Below are positions 44,196 to 53,147 of a DNA stretch of 64,000 nt, piece by piece (the stretch's first letter is position 1; each line of letters opens with the position of its first letter). A program made the position numbers and the translations under genes. A model generated the notes under the pieces. It saw only the letters and a list, made by a program, of their open reading frames with translations. It was not told the DNA's origin and did no database searches. The stretch spans positions 40,159-104,158 of the forward strand of contig JAAVCJ010000025.1 of the NCBI GenBank assembly GCA_014802385.1, in the 5' to 3' direction. Source of the stretch: Bacteroides sp. GTDB lineage: Bacteria > Bacteroidota > Bacteroidia > Bacteroidales > Muribaculaceae.

Positions 44196-44600
44196 ATGGA
44201 AAAAGTTTATAGAGAAAAATCTAATATGTATTCACTTAGTTGTGATAAAGAGCATATTCTTCATGATAAGAGAGAACCTGATATTACTGAAATTAGACAA
44301 GCAACTATTAAAAAATCGGATCTTGAATATTGGGAAGAATTACCTTTAAGCTCATTATCTCCATATACCAAAGCCGAGTACGACGCCAAGGTAGCCGAGC
44401 TCGTGCGCCGACGCTACTCCGCCGACGAAGAGTTCGCCATACAGCGCAAAGCCATCAACGCCGCCTTCTCTCCCTCCACCGTCAGCGACACTTCCACCGC
44501 CCTCACCGAATACCAAGCCTACAACACCTACGTCGACGACTGCAAACAGCAAGCCAAAGACCCCTCACTCTACACCAACAATGAAGATACACAAAGATAA
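44196..44600 (+). CDS. hypothetical protein (fibre-associated, by position)
   Basis: 134-aa ORF. Confidence 0.5.
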   Translation: MEKVYREKSNMYSLSCDKEHILHDKREPDITEIRQATIKKSDLEYWEELPLSSLSPYTKAEYDAKVAELVRRRYSADEEFAIQRKAINAAFSPSTVSDTSTALTEYQAYNTYVDDCKQQAKDPSLYTNNEDTQR

Positions 44601-44847
44601 AGCACTCCACTTCACCGCTTGCGCTGCCGTCTCACTTCTGACGGCCATCATCATCGCCGTCCTCACCAAGAGCAGCCCGGGAGCAGCCCTAAGCGGCATC
44701 AGCACAGGGCTCGCCATCGGCCTCGGCAAAGAATACGGCGACTCAAAATCCCCCGGCAACAAGTGGGACTGGCACGACCTCCTCGCCGACACCCTCGGTG
44801 CCATCACCGGCGCCGCCATCGGCAGCCTTGCAGCCAATCTGACATGA
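44581..44847 (+). CDS. small membrane protein (2-3 TM, Gly/Ala-rich)
   Basis: 88-aa ORF, the last gene of the plus-strand block. Confidence 0.5.
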   Translation: MKIHKDKALHFTACAAVSLLTAIIIAVLTKSSPGAALSGISTGLAIGLGKEYGDSKSPGNKWDWHDLLADTLGAITGAAIGSLAANLT

Positions 44848-44877
44848 CGCCCCATGTGCACCACACACCTCCGCCCA

Positions 44878-44906
44878 TGTAGGGACGCGAATTTTCGCGT
44901 CCGCCG
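44878..44906. repeat. 29-bp conserved hairpin element, copy 3
   Basis: Identical 29-mer, 31 nt after the stop at 44847. Confidence 0.85.
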
Positions 44907-44979
44907 CAGAAAAGTTTATCTTTTGGCCCGCACGTCCCCGGCCGCGGCCGCTCGCGCCCGTTAACCTTGCATACGCCAC

Positions 44980-45015
44980 GGGAGGTTCAGAGACTACAGT
45001 GTCTCTGAACCTCCC
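44980..45015. terminator. 15-bp perfect hairpin between convergent blocks
   Basis: GGGAGGTTCAGAGAC-TACAGT-GTCTCTGAACCTCCC. Confidence 0.6.
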
Positions 45016-45048
45016 GATTACAGCCCTTCAACCGACAAGCGCGAGTGC

Positions 45049-45387
45049 CTAAAAAGGAAGATCGCTTTCCTCTTGCGCCACTTGCTGCGGATCGGGAGTG
45101 GTAGGCACATTCTTTGCGGTCGCCTTCCAAGCGTTTGCGCTCATATATCGTTTGCCTTGATACTCCCTCACGCTGAAATCAATCTCCAGCTCATACTCTC
45201 CGCCCTGCTGAATGTTGAGTGAGTCTATTTTGTCACCGAGTACGTCAAACAACACCTCTTTCGGGTATTGCTCGTTAGAGTTGTCGTAGCAGAGTACATA
45301 AGAGCGTCTGCGCCACTGCTTGCCCGATTGTGATGTTCCGCTTGCTTCGGGCATTGCAAGGGTGATAATTCCGTTAAATGTTGCCAT
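45049..45387 (-). CDS. OB-fold-like protein (DUF3127-like) with SSB-type acidic C-terminal tip
   Basis: 112 aa ending in ..QEESDLPF, which resembles the SSB C-terminal D-(I/L)-P-F interaction tip. Confidence 0.5.
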   Translation of the reverse strand: MATFNGIITLAMPEASGTSQSGKQWRRRSYVLCYDNSNEQYPKEVLFDVLGDKIDSLNIQQGGEYELEIDFSVREYQGKRYMSANAWKATAKNVPTTPDPQQVAQEESDLPF

Positions 45388-46027
45388 TATTGTTATTTTT
45401 AATTGGTTCTAATAAATCTTTCGGGTCATATCGAAAGCCGTGTTCGGTTGCGATTGTTAGTGCCTTACATCGTAGACAAGCGTTTTCAATCTCTCCGCTC
45501 TTAACGTGGCTTTCAACGAATGACTTGTAGAGGCAGGAGGAGCATCTTTCGGGGAGGTATCTGCGTGGTTTTTCTTGTTTCTCTTCCTCGCCCTTAATAA
45601 ATCCGAGTTTTGAGAATATATCCGTTACAACCTTTAGGCTGTCTGCGTCAAGGTCAGCACCGCCCTCTACAAGCGACATTGCTTGGCTTAATAGGCTCTT
45701 TAACGCTTTGTCCCTACGGTCGCCATCAACCTCCACAATGTCATTTCGGCTCATCTGTTTCCGCCCCAAAAACTCCGCAAGCTCACTTTCGTAAGCCTCT
45801 CGGTAATCCTTAACCTTGCCGTAGTTCCAAAATTGGGAGCTTGCTTTCTTGCCGGCAGGGTTCATCTGCTTGCCCGATGCGTCTATAAAATCGGGGTGAA
45901 AGCGCATGAAAGCGTCTTGATTGCCTACTCCGAAAAGCACAGCATAAGCCACCACCTGCCTATCAACTTTCTTCAGTTGCGGAAATGCCGCCTTGTCTTT
46001 AATCTCTAAGGGTATGTTGAAGTCCAT
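45374..46027 (-). CDS. hypothetical protein (possible DNA-binding / small terminase-like; unverified)
   Basis: 217-aa ORF with a C-terminal CSSC...CLRC cluster. Confidence 0.45.
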   Translation of the reverse strand: MDFNIPLEIKDKAAFPQLKKVDRQVVAYAVLFGVGNQDAFMRFHPDFIDASGKQMNPAGKKASSQFWNYGKVKDYREAYESELAEFLGRKQMSRNDIVEVDGDRRDKALKSLLSQAMSLVEGGADLDADSLKVVTDIFSKLGFIKGEEEKQEKPRRYLPERCSSCLYKSFVESHVKSGEIENACLRCKALTIATEHGFRYDPKDLLEPIKNNNNGNI

Positions 46028-46029
46028 AG

Positions 46030-46392
46030 TTATACTTGCTCCTCAATTTCAAATTCAATTCGGGGGTTCTCTTTATCTATTAACTTTCGTGCGTGTATCT
46101 CGGCACATAGGCGGTCATTCTTAATTGTTTTTGCCGTCTGCAAGCTATCCAGCACCACCTTTAAGGCGTTATCCAAATCGGGGCGGTCGCTACTGAAATA
46201 CACGTCAATAGTCAGTTTGAAACGCTTGCTGATATTAGCGTTCCGCAGTCCGCACTGCATAAAGAAACTTTCCTCATACTTTTTAGTCGCATCCGTCTTA
46301 CCGAGTTTATGAAAACCACCGCATACAATTATCTTGTAGGAATTGCTCTTACTCGGCGGCAAGCCGTATATCGTTTGTCTTGGGTAGGTCAT
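46030..46392 (-). CDS. rusA: RusA-family Holliday junction resolvase
   Basis: 120 aa. GLPPSKSNSY near the N-terminus and DLDNALKVVLDSL match RusA catalytic-region motifs. Confidence 0.75.
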   Translation of the reverse strand: MTYPRQTIYGLPPSKSNSYKIIVCGGFHKLGKTDATKKYEESFFMQCGLRNANISKRFKLTIDVYFSSDRPDLDNALKVVLDSLQTAKTIKNDRLCAEIHARKLIDKENPRIEFEIEEQV

Positions 46393-46607
46393 ATCTCATT
46401 CTCTTTTATAAATTTCTCACAAGCGTGTTTGACTAAATGGTTCGGAACGATGCCTAATTTATCGCTCTCGCAAACCGCGTTAGGATTTTGATTAAGAAAC
46501 TCAATCATAGCCTTTGCGTACTCCACACGATCCTTGATACACTCATCGCGTTGCTTACGCTTAATCGCTCTATTCAGCGCTTGTTTCGCGGCTTTCCCCA
46601 TACTCAT
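46389..46607 (-). CDS. hypothetical protein
   Basis: 72-aa ORF with 4-nt overlaps to both neighbours. Confidence 0.5.
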   Translation of the reverse strand: MSMGKAAKQALNRAIKRKQRDECIKDRVEYAKAMIEFLNQNPNAVCESDKLGIVPNHLVKHACEKFIKENEI

Positions 46608-46999
46608 TTCTCCTCTGAAAATGTTGCTCTTTCAAGCAGGTTGTCCGCATTAGTCCAATTAAACAAGTTACTTGTATCAATAGAAATTGACACCTTATCT
46701 CCGAGGTTGAAAATCACCTCATAATTTTCATAATCCGAGAATTCTGCATCATACTTTCGTAGCAACTCCGACAATTCGGTAAGGAAAGCGGTCTTGCTGT
46801 CTATCGGCTCTGCAAGTTCAACATCGGTTACCCACACAGAAATAGACTGAGGCTCATCTAAATCAACGCATATTCTATTTTTATCTACGGAAACGACCTC
46901 GCCATAGTCTCCTTCCGCAACTCGGACTTCATCGTCATAGTTGATACAGAACTTTTTGAACCTCACTCGGTCGCCTACCTTAATTTCTTTCTCGCTCAT
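46604..46999 (-). CDS. hypothetical protein (paralog of 57442-57831)
   Basis: Shares KVGDRVR(F/L)K...TAFLT.L..LLR..(D/E)A with the other copy. Confidence 0.55.
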   Translation of the reverse strand: MSEKEIKVGDRVRFKKFCINYDDEVRVAEGDYGEVVSVDKNRICVDLDEPQSISVWVTDVELAEPIDSKTAFLTELSELLRKYDAEFSDYENYEVIFNLGDKVSISIDTSNLFNWTNADNLLERATFSEEK

Positions 47000-47000
47000 A

Positions 47001-47459
47001 TCAGTAAATAATATCTTTGTGCCGATAAGTTCCGGCTAAAATTTCTTCTCTTGTTTTTTCTCTTTCCTCAGTAAGCCTTATGCGTTCCACCTCCGCCTCG
47101 TATTCCTCCTTGACATAGGGCTTGACCTCCAACAAAAGCACGTTTTCAGGGTCAAAAGCGTCTTTACCTAACCCGTCAATAACGCACTGCGCCCTCCATT
47201 CCTCAGACAGCTTCTGCCAAGTCGCATCCTCGCCGTAGATACTCTTTAAGAGTAAATTGAAACAACTTGAATTGACCTTTAGCGTAGCCTTGCGGATAAG
47301 CACAAACTTGTCGCGCCTCCAATCAACGCAAAACTCCAACACCGAGCCGTTCTCGGCCTTTTGCAGTTTGGTGTTCAGAAATTTGCCATACGGCACAATC
47401 GCAAACCTCGTCTGCATCTCCTTCGGAGCAAGCTGGTAGATTTTCAGCGGACGTTTCAT
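47001..47459 (-). CDS. hypothetical protein
   Basis: 152-aa ORF. Confidence 0.55.
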   Translation of the reverse strand: MKRPLKIYQLAPKEMQTRFAIVPYGKFLNTKLQKAENGSVLEFCVDWRRDKFVLIRKATLKVNSSCFNLLLKSIYGEDATWQKLSEEWRAQCVIDGLGKDAFDPENVLLLEVKPYVKEEYEAEVERIRLTEEREKTREEILAGTYRHKDIIY

Positions 47460-47860
47460 ACTTTACCTTTCAATACATCGTAAATGCAATTTGCCACCCA
47501 CTGCATAAGATAGGCTCTCGGTTCGCTATCATCAAAGGTGACGGATTGAATACCGAACTGCTCACATATCCAACATACGATATGCTCTGCCTCGTGAGCC
47601 GTCACGCCTACACTTGCCAACTTCGGACGCTTAATGTGGCAGAATACGCCTTTCCAATTGCTATCCTTTTCAACTACGGGGTGACAAGTTGCAATAGCAC
47701 AATCATTATTACTCGCCTTGAAATCATCTATCGAACCGTCCGATAAAAGCTCGTAAAACTTCTCCGAAATCTGCTCAACAGGCACATTTACGCCCACCCA
47801 TATCCTTGTCGGATAGATTAGCGGGTCAAACTCGTGTATCTTTGTGGTCTTATTGCTCAT
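47456..47860 (-). CDS. hypothetical protein with HExxH motif (TAHEAEHIV)
   Basis: 134-aa ORF. Possible small metallopeptidase; unverified. Confidence 0.5.
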   Translation of the reverse strand: MSNKTTKIHEFDPLIYPTRIWVGVNVPVEQISEKFYELLSDGSIDDFKASNNDCAIATCHPVVEKDSNWKGVFCHIKRPKLASVGVTAHEAEHIVCWICEQFGIQSVTFDDSEPRAYLMQWVANCIYDVLKGKV

Positions 47861-48347
47861 CGGTTATCGGTTTTGCTGTTATGTTATAGCTCACGCCATT
47901 CTCGTTCATCTCGCAACTCACTTCCGCATTAGGGATAACAACTGTCTGAACAGGGGTAACTCCGTAGCGTTTCGCCCATTTCTTCCATATACGCCTTGCA
48001 CGTTTCTTATTCGGGTATTTAAGATTTTTCGGGCGGTGGATATATGGCTTACCGCTTATAGTAAGCGAGCATACCATTGGCTGTCCGTTTTCCTCTCTTA
48101 TGCCTAATATCGTTTCCCAATCTTGTCCGTCTGCGAGGTCAAAGGAACAACTTATAGGCTCTATGTTAAACGGTTCAATCTGCATCGCCTCTCTGACCTT
48201 AATGCGGTCTATTTCCATAGCCTCCTCCTCAGATAGAATGGTAGAGTCAGCAATAACCTTGCCGAGTTTCTGCATCTTATCTTCGCCAAGTGGAGCAAAG
48301 AACATCTCGCTCGCTCCACCGAAAAGTTTGTTTAGTTCTTCTCCCAT
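47850..48347 (-). CDS. hypothetical protein
   Basis: 165-aa ORF. Confidence 0.55.
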   Translation of the reverse strand: MGEELNKLFGGASEMFFAPLGEDKMQKLGKVIADSTILSEEEAMEIDRIKVREAMQIEPFNIEPISCSFDLADGQDWETILGIREENGQPMVCSLTISGKPYIHRPKNLKYPNKKRARRIWKKWAKRYGVTPVQTVVIPNAEVSCEMNENGVSYNITAKPITDEQ

Positions 48348-48351
48348 ATCC

Positions 48352-48972
48352 CTACGTCATTGCATCAAAACTTACCGCCGAGGCGTTCTTAATCCCTCGG
48401 ATAAAAAAAGTATAGTGGTTGTCTTTCGCTTTCATTTTCGCATCGCTCTGTGCCGATATATACTGCCGTTGCAGAGCAAACGTCTGTGCGTCCGACACCC
48501 ATTTGTCAATCTTCCACGCCTTGATACCCTGCCGAGTCCATTTCACGCGGTTGTGTAGGTCGCAGTGATTGAACGTGTGAATATCCACCGCCGAGGGCGC
48601 ATCGCAGTAGTCTTTCAACCCTGCATTGTAGAAGTCCTGCGCTATCTCGTAGGCAACCGAGTAGTAGTTACGATATGTTTTCCCTGCATTGCGCCGATAG
48701 CGAGTAAACGGAGTTGAAAAACCGCCCTCAATCGCAAGTTTTTCAAGTTCCAACTGCCAAAAAAGGTCGTTAGACGCATACTCGCTGGCAATCGTACCGA
48801 AAACTCCCGGCTGACGTGTCTTTTCAATATGCGCTCTGCATAAACCCTCGTCCTGCTCCTCTGCCGCGTGGTTCACGCCGAGCCGATAGCACGAATAAAA
48901 GAGCCGCATCAGCATACGAGCCACTGCCGTAGTAATGCCTAACTCGCGTTGGTTATTCTTTTTCGGTTTCAT
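48352..48972 (-). CDS. hypothetical protein
   Basis: 206-aa ORF. Confidence 0.55.
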   Translation of the reverse strand: MKPKKNNQRELGITTAVARMLMRLFYSCYRLGVNHAAEEQDEGLCRAHIEKTRQPGVFGTIASEYASNDLFWQLELEKLAIEGGFSTPFTRYRRNAGKTYRNYYSVAYEIAQDFYNAGLKDYCDAPSAVDIHTFNHCDLHNRVKWTRQGIKAWKIDKWVSDAQTFALQRQYISAQSDAKMKAKDNHYTFFIRGIKNASAVSFDAMT

Positions 48973-48978
48973 TGGTTG

Positions 48979-49269
48979 TTACTCCGTTACGGGGTCATAA
49001 GTCGCTTGGAAAATATCGGGCTTACACGGATAGAACTCGCCTTTTACACCCTTAATGATGTAGTCATTAGGCGTGGCGGTCATAGTGCCTTCAAGTGTTT
49101 CAATGTCAATCTCAAAGAGAGGCGCAGCTACACCTGCTTGATATGCCGCACCCGAGAATACTCTGCTTTTGAGTTTCTTTCCTATAAATACTTCAATTTC
49201 TCCGACATTGCGTCCATTGAACTGCACTGCCTCAACCTCAACTGGCTTTTTCTTGTATTTCATAATCAT
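48979..49269 (-). CDS. hypothetical protein
   Basis: 96-aa ORF. Confidence 0.5.
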   Translation of the reverse strand: MIMKYKKKPVEVEAVQFNGRNVGEIEVFIGKKLKSRVFSGAAYQAGVAAPLFEIDIETLEGTMTATPNDYIIKGVKGEFYPCKPDIFQATYDPVTE

Positions 49270-49433
49270 TCTTCATTTTTATGGGTTAAACTTGGGTCTG
49301 CCTCAAACCACGGGCAGTTAAATCGGTATATGCAGGGTTTGATGTTTCCTCCGCACTCCAAATTGCGAGCACACATTCCGTCAATGCGGAAATAGAAAAT
49401 GCAATTTCGGTAATAGTTCTCAACTTCGCTCAT
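49266..49433 (-). CDS. small Cys-containing hypothetical protein
   Basis: The ATG at 49433 follows the upstream stop directly; the track ORF extends to 49475. Confidence 0.4.
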   Translation of the reverse strand: MSEVENYYRNCIFYFRIDGMCARNLECGGNIKPCIYRFNCPWFEADPSLTHKNEE

Positions 49434-49434
49434 A

Positions 49435-49623
49435 TCACCACCAAAATATACCTCCGTAAATAAGCGTGAATACAAACGTAAGGACTAACCATAAAGTTAT
49501 CCTACAATCGCGTGAAGATATAGCGAAGTAGCCACTTGCTCTGCTATCTCCGCTTATAGCCCATACAAAACCGATTATTTCAATCAGCATATATAGGATT
49601 AAGTGCCACGTCATTGTTATCAT
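49435..49623 (-). CDS. small membrane protein
   Basis: 62-aa ORF with two hydrophobic segments. Confidence 0.45.
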   Translation of the reverse strand: MITMTWHLILYMLIEIIGFVWAISGDSRASGYFAISSRDCRITLWLVLTFVFTLIYGGIFWW

Positions 49624-49625
49624 TT

Positions 49626-49799
49626 TTAATGCTTTTCTTTGCTGATTAAATCCTGCAACTTCTCCGTCAGTTTTTCGTATCTTTCGGGAGGGGTTGGGTC
49701 GGTGTCATTAAGTAACATTTCGTTAAGCCTTTCCACCTTATCGCCCAACTTTTCTTTTATCTGCGAAAGTTTGTGATTAAGTATTTGTTTCGCGTTCAT
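49626..49799 (-). CDS. small coiled-coil protein (57 aa)
   Basis: The ATG at 49799 overlaps the upstream TGA (ATGA). Below the track cutoff. Confidence 0.4.
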   Translation of the reverse strand: MNAKQILNHKLSQIKEKLGDKVERLNEMLLNDTDPTPPERYEKLTEKLQDLISKEKH

Positions 49800-50278
49800 A
49801 CCTTATCCTCCCTCAACACCTCTCTCGCGTCCTCCTTCCACTGCTTGCGCATCTGCTTACGCTTCCCGGGAGTCGCGTCTGCATAGGCAGCCACATCTTC
49901 CATTATGGCTTGCGAGGCAAGCTCCTCGTGTTCGGTCACTGCCTTTGCCGCTTTCTCCGCCTTTTTCTCCATACGCCGCTGCCATTTCTGCACACTGCGC
50001 GTTATATCATCGCAGAAACCCTGCTCCTGCGTGAGCTGTTGAGCCGTGATATAAAGCAATGCTGCGTAGCCGTGAATATTCTCCACCTTACCCTGCCGTG
50101 CTGACTCCAGCAAATAGCCGTAAGCATTGCAACGCGCATCCACGCGCATACTCCAGATCCCGCTCACGGTGCTTATTTCAAGATAGCTTTCCTTGATGTT
50201 GTTTCCCTTGAAATACCACTCGGCGACAAAGCCGCCTACCTCAACTCTCTCAATCGGTTTATTCTTAAATATGCTCAT
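49796..50278 (-). CDS. hypothetical protein
   Basis: 160-aa ORF. Confidence 0.55.
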   Translation of the reverse strand: MSIFKNKPIERVEVGGFVAEWYFKGNNIKESYLEISTVSGIWSMRVDARCNAYGYLLESARQGKVENIHGYAALLYITAQQLTQEQGFCDDITRSVQKWQRRMEKKAEKAAKAVTEHEELASQAIMEDVAAYADATPGKRKQMRKQWKEDAREVLREDKV

Positions 50279-50568
50279 TTCAATCTCTCAGTTATAAGTT
50301 CGTAATTCCGCTTCGTAAGGCGATCAAATTCAAGCATACCCTCAACCTTGCGGATTGTGTGAATAACAGTCGGATGCTTTCGCCCGAACACAATCCCTAT
50401 GTCCGTGATGTCAAGCAAAGTCTTTTCATGGCAAAGAAACATCGCCATTTGCCGAGCCTCCGCAATAGAGCGCTTGCGGCTATCGCTCATAACATCCTCC
50501 ACGCTCACGCCGTAAACCTCGGCGGCCGCCGTGATTATAGCCCCGGGCAGTTTGTCAAATTCGCTCAT
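50275..50568 (-). CDS. DnaA C-terminal domain-like HTH protein
   Basis: 97 aa. VEDVMSDSRKRSIAEARQMAMFLCHE...IGIVFGRKHPTVIHTIRKVE resembles DnaA domain IV. Confidence 0.6.
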   Translation of the reverse strand: MSEFDKLPGAIITAAAEVYGVSVEDVMSDSRKRSIAEARQMAMFLCHEKTLLDITDIGIVFGRKHPTVIHTIRKVEGMLEFDRLTKRNYELITERLK

Positions 50569-50573
50569 TGTGG

Positions 50574-50867
50574 TTACTCGTTAGCATTACACATCGTTTC
50601 AATATCGGTGCTGATAAGCATTGTGGTCTTGCCATTGCTGACAACCTGCTCGTCCGTGTATCGACATTTGCCGTTAGCATTGGTAAAGTAGATATAGCGA
50701 CCATCATCCACAAAACGATATACTTTCACTCCGTCTGCCTCAAACAAAAACTGCACATTGAAACTTTCATCGTGAGTTTTCGTAAGTTGCACACGTTCAC
50801 CTTGTCCCGTGTGGGTGCAACCGCTCAATATGGCAATCGCAAATATTGATAGTAGTATTTTCTTCAT
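50574..50867 (-). CDS. small lipoprotein
   Basis: Signal peptide plus lipobox MKKILLSIFAIAILSGC. Confidence 0.6.
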   Translation of the reverse strand: MKKILLSIFAIAILSGCTHTGQGERVQLTKTHDESFNVQFLFEADGVKVYRFVDDGRYIYFTNANGKCRYTDEQVVSNGKTTMLISTDIETMCNANE

Positions 50868-50870
50868 ATC

Positions 50871-51254
50871 TTACTCTTTTATCAGTTCGGTTTTGGTGGT
50901 GAGGTATAGGAACGCCTCTAATTCGTGGAGATAGCGGACAGCCATTCTTCCGTCCCAATCATTGTTGCTCACAAACACCTCCCATCGGTCTTTATGGTTT
51001 CTCACCTCAACCCACAGACCATCATATTCGCAACCTTTGGTATATACGATACGTCTTGTAGAGCTTGTGTTTTCAAACCCCAACTCCGTCAGCAATTCCT
51101 CGGTTATGCGTATCGGCTCAACATCGCTTGTAAGCACATACTCCGCAGGAAAACGGATAATCAGTCCGTTATCTTCGTCCAATCCTCGCACACGTTCACG
51201 TTTGCCATCTGCAAGGACGTGCGAGCCTATATGTAGGGTGTTTATGTCAATCAT
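50871..51254 (-). CDS. hypothetical protein
   Basis: 127-aa ORF. Confidence 0.55.
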   Translation of the reverse strand: MIDINTLHIGSHVLADGKRERVRGLDEDNGLIIRFPAEYVLTSDVEPIRITEELLTELGFENTSSTRRIVYTKGCEYDGLWVEVRNHKDRWEVFVSNNDWDGRMAVRYLHELEAFLYLTTKTELIKE

Positions 51255-51895
51255 TGGATCTGCTTTTTGAGGTTGTCAACTACATCATTAGCCACCATTA
51301 CGGCAAATTCACCTATCTCGCTCGGCTTATAACGTCCTTTCTCAGCATACGCCACGGCGATTTTTGACGCAAGTTCGGCGCGGTACGCATCCCAATATGT
51401 ATCGTCTAAATCCGCCTTGACGGGGATTGTGATTGTGTGGTCGTTGGGCTGAATTTTGCGCCTATTTAACTCCTTTTTAATCCAAATTCCAGCATCACCA
51501 TTCTCATAATGCCCGAAAATATTTTCACCGGCAATCATATCCACAATAAGCACTCCATAAGGGGTTTCAACTCGGTCGCCACACTTGATTTCATCGGTCG
51601 ACTGTTTTACCAACTCCAAATCCTCGGCATAGAACGGGGCAAGTAAGGCGGTTTTGCCGATAGCCTGAGATTTTGGATTAAGTGGGTTGGGCACACTGCA
51701 TCTATCCACAACCTTACCCTCAATATACAAGCCGTAATACACCTCATTACAGATTATGCCTTTTTCAATGATAGTCGCAACCTTGCCGTCATATAGGGGC
51801 TTATCCGATATGCCATGCACTATCACTTTGTCGCCGATATTCAGCTCTTGTTTGCTACGCTCACGGCGCAGGGCTATCAGTTCGTCTTTCGTCAT
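51251..51895 (-). CDS. hypothetical protein
   Basis: 214-aa ORF. Confidence 0.55.
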   Translation of the reverse strand: MTKDELIALRRERSKQELNIGDKVIVHGISDKPLYDGKVATIIEKGIICNEVYYGLYIEGKVVDRCSVPNPLNPKSQAIGKTALLAPFYAEDLELVKQSTDEIKCGDRVETPYGVLIVDMIAGENIFGHYENGDAGIWIKKELNRRKIQPNDHTITIPVKADLDDTYWDAYRAELASKIAVAYAEKGRYKPSEIGEFAVMVANDVVDNLKKQIQ

Positions 51896-51995
51896 ATCTA
51901 AAAATTATGCTCAACCTTTAGCTCGCCGACCGTCGTCGGCAAACTTTCGCCCGATGGTGCGAGCATCGGGGTACTTGTCTGAGCCGTTTAATTTC

Positions 51996-52970
51996 TTATT
52001 CACAACCTCGCACGTTGTCATTGTTATACATATCAGTAAATAAGTTTTTCGGTTCTTCATCGGGCAGATAGAGCCTATTCACGGCAAGCACCTTACGCAA
52101 TGCCTCACGGAACGTAACACCATTGTTAGTGTAGTTCATCACCATATCGTAGCACTTGGGGTAATGCGTGCGCAACGTGCGGAAACGCGTATCATCGGCA
52201 AACTGCGCTCCGAAACCGCAACCTATACAACCCGTGCGTGTCGCTCCCTTGTGGTAGATGTCGGCTATCGGCAAGTTATTCTTGGCTATGTAGTCCCAAA
52301 TGTCCTGCTCTAACCATATTGAAAGGGGGTGGGATTTTGTAGATTCGCTATCAAAGTAATTGCAGTTGCCGTTTTTGAGATATTCCTTTGTTCTACGTCT
52401 GCTCTCGCTCGCCATTGTGCCGATTATGGGGTAACGACCGCTCTCTTTGCCAAAGCGGTGCATCGGCTCTTTTTTGAGTTTGTCACAACATACATTGTGA
52501 ACGGCATAAGGTTCATTAACCAACCATTTCCATTTTTCGCTAATACCAAACTGAGTGTCTTTGCTCATTCTCAACTGAGCGATTTTATTATTAGGATTAT
52601 GTTGGACTTGGTGGACGTAATAAGATATTTCTTTACCAACTAACGGAAACCCATACTTCGCCCACACTTGCCGAGGCGTAAACTTAGGACGGATAATCTC
52701 AATATTCGCTCCGTCTGCTTGCATCTTCCTGACAAAACGGATAATGTCGGGATATTCATTGCCAGTGTTGCAGAACACACCGAGAATATCAGGGTAGATA
52801 ATTCTCGCAAGGTGGAATAGCACGGTAGAGTCTTTGCCACCACTGAACGACACATAGACCTTATCCACGCCACCCATACGGCTGACAAAAGCCTCAATAG
52901 TGCCGAGTGAGTGGTCTATCTTCTGTTCAAGCGTCCACGATTGCCGTTCTTGTAATTCCTTTAGCGTCAT
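51996..52970 (-). CDS. PAPS reductase-like PP-loop ATPase with C-terminal Cys cluster
   Basis: ATG at 52970. PP-loop SFSGGKDSTV and C-terminal TGCIGCGFG. Confidence 0.8.
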   Translation of the reverse strand: MTLKELQERQSWTLEQKIDHSLGTIEAFVSRMGGVDKVYVSFSGGKDSTVLFHLARIIYPDILGVFCNTGNEYPDIIRFVRKMQADGANIEIIRPKFTPRQVWAKYGFPLVGKEISYYVHQVQHNPNNKIAQLRMSKDTQFGISEKWKWLVNEPYAVHNVCCDKLKKEPMHRFGKESGRYPIIGTMASESRRRTKEYLKNGNCNYFDSESTKSHPLSIWLEQDIWDYIAKNNLPIADIYHKGATRTGCIGCGFGAQFADDTRFRTLRTHYPKCYDMVMNYTNNGVTFREALRKVLAVNRLYLPDEEPKNLFTDMYNNDNVRGCE

Positions 52971-53076
52971 TCTTGCAGTTGTTAAATTACGCAGTTGAAT
53001 GAAAATATGAAGCGGAAAGCGCAACTGCTTCGCCTTGTCAGTTGATTAATTACTTCAACCTATCCGTTTCATAATG

Positions 53077-53084
53077 CAAATATA
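53077..53084 (-). promoter_or_regulatory. Bacteroidota-type -7 box TATATTTG upstream of the PAPS reductase-like gene
   Basis: Matches TAnnTTTG in an AT-rich intergenic region; ATTG lies 20 nt upstream. Confidence 0.35.
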
Positions 53085-53147
53085 AATACTCTTAGTGAAT
53101 TACGCAATATTTATTTGTGTATTACTTTAATATTTGTACGCTCCGCA

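Noticed and set aside
44925-44962. GC-rich segment containing GCGGCCGC and a GCTCGCGCCC 10-mer that also occurs at 25420-25432
   Set aside because: Only a 10-nt match in GC-rich intergenic DNA. That is too short to distinguish from chance, and no consistent structure is shared.
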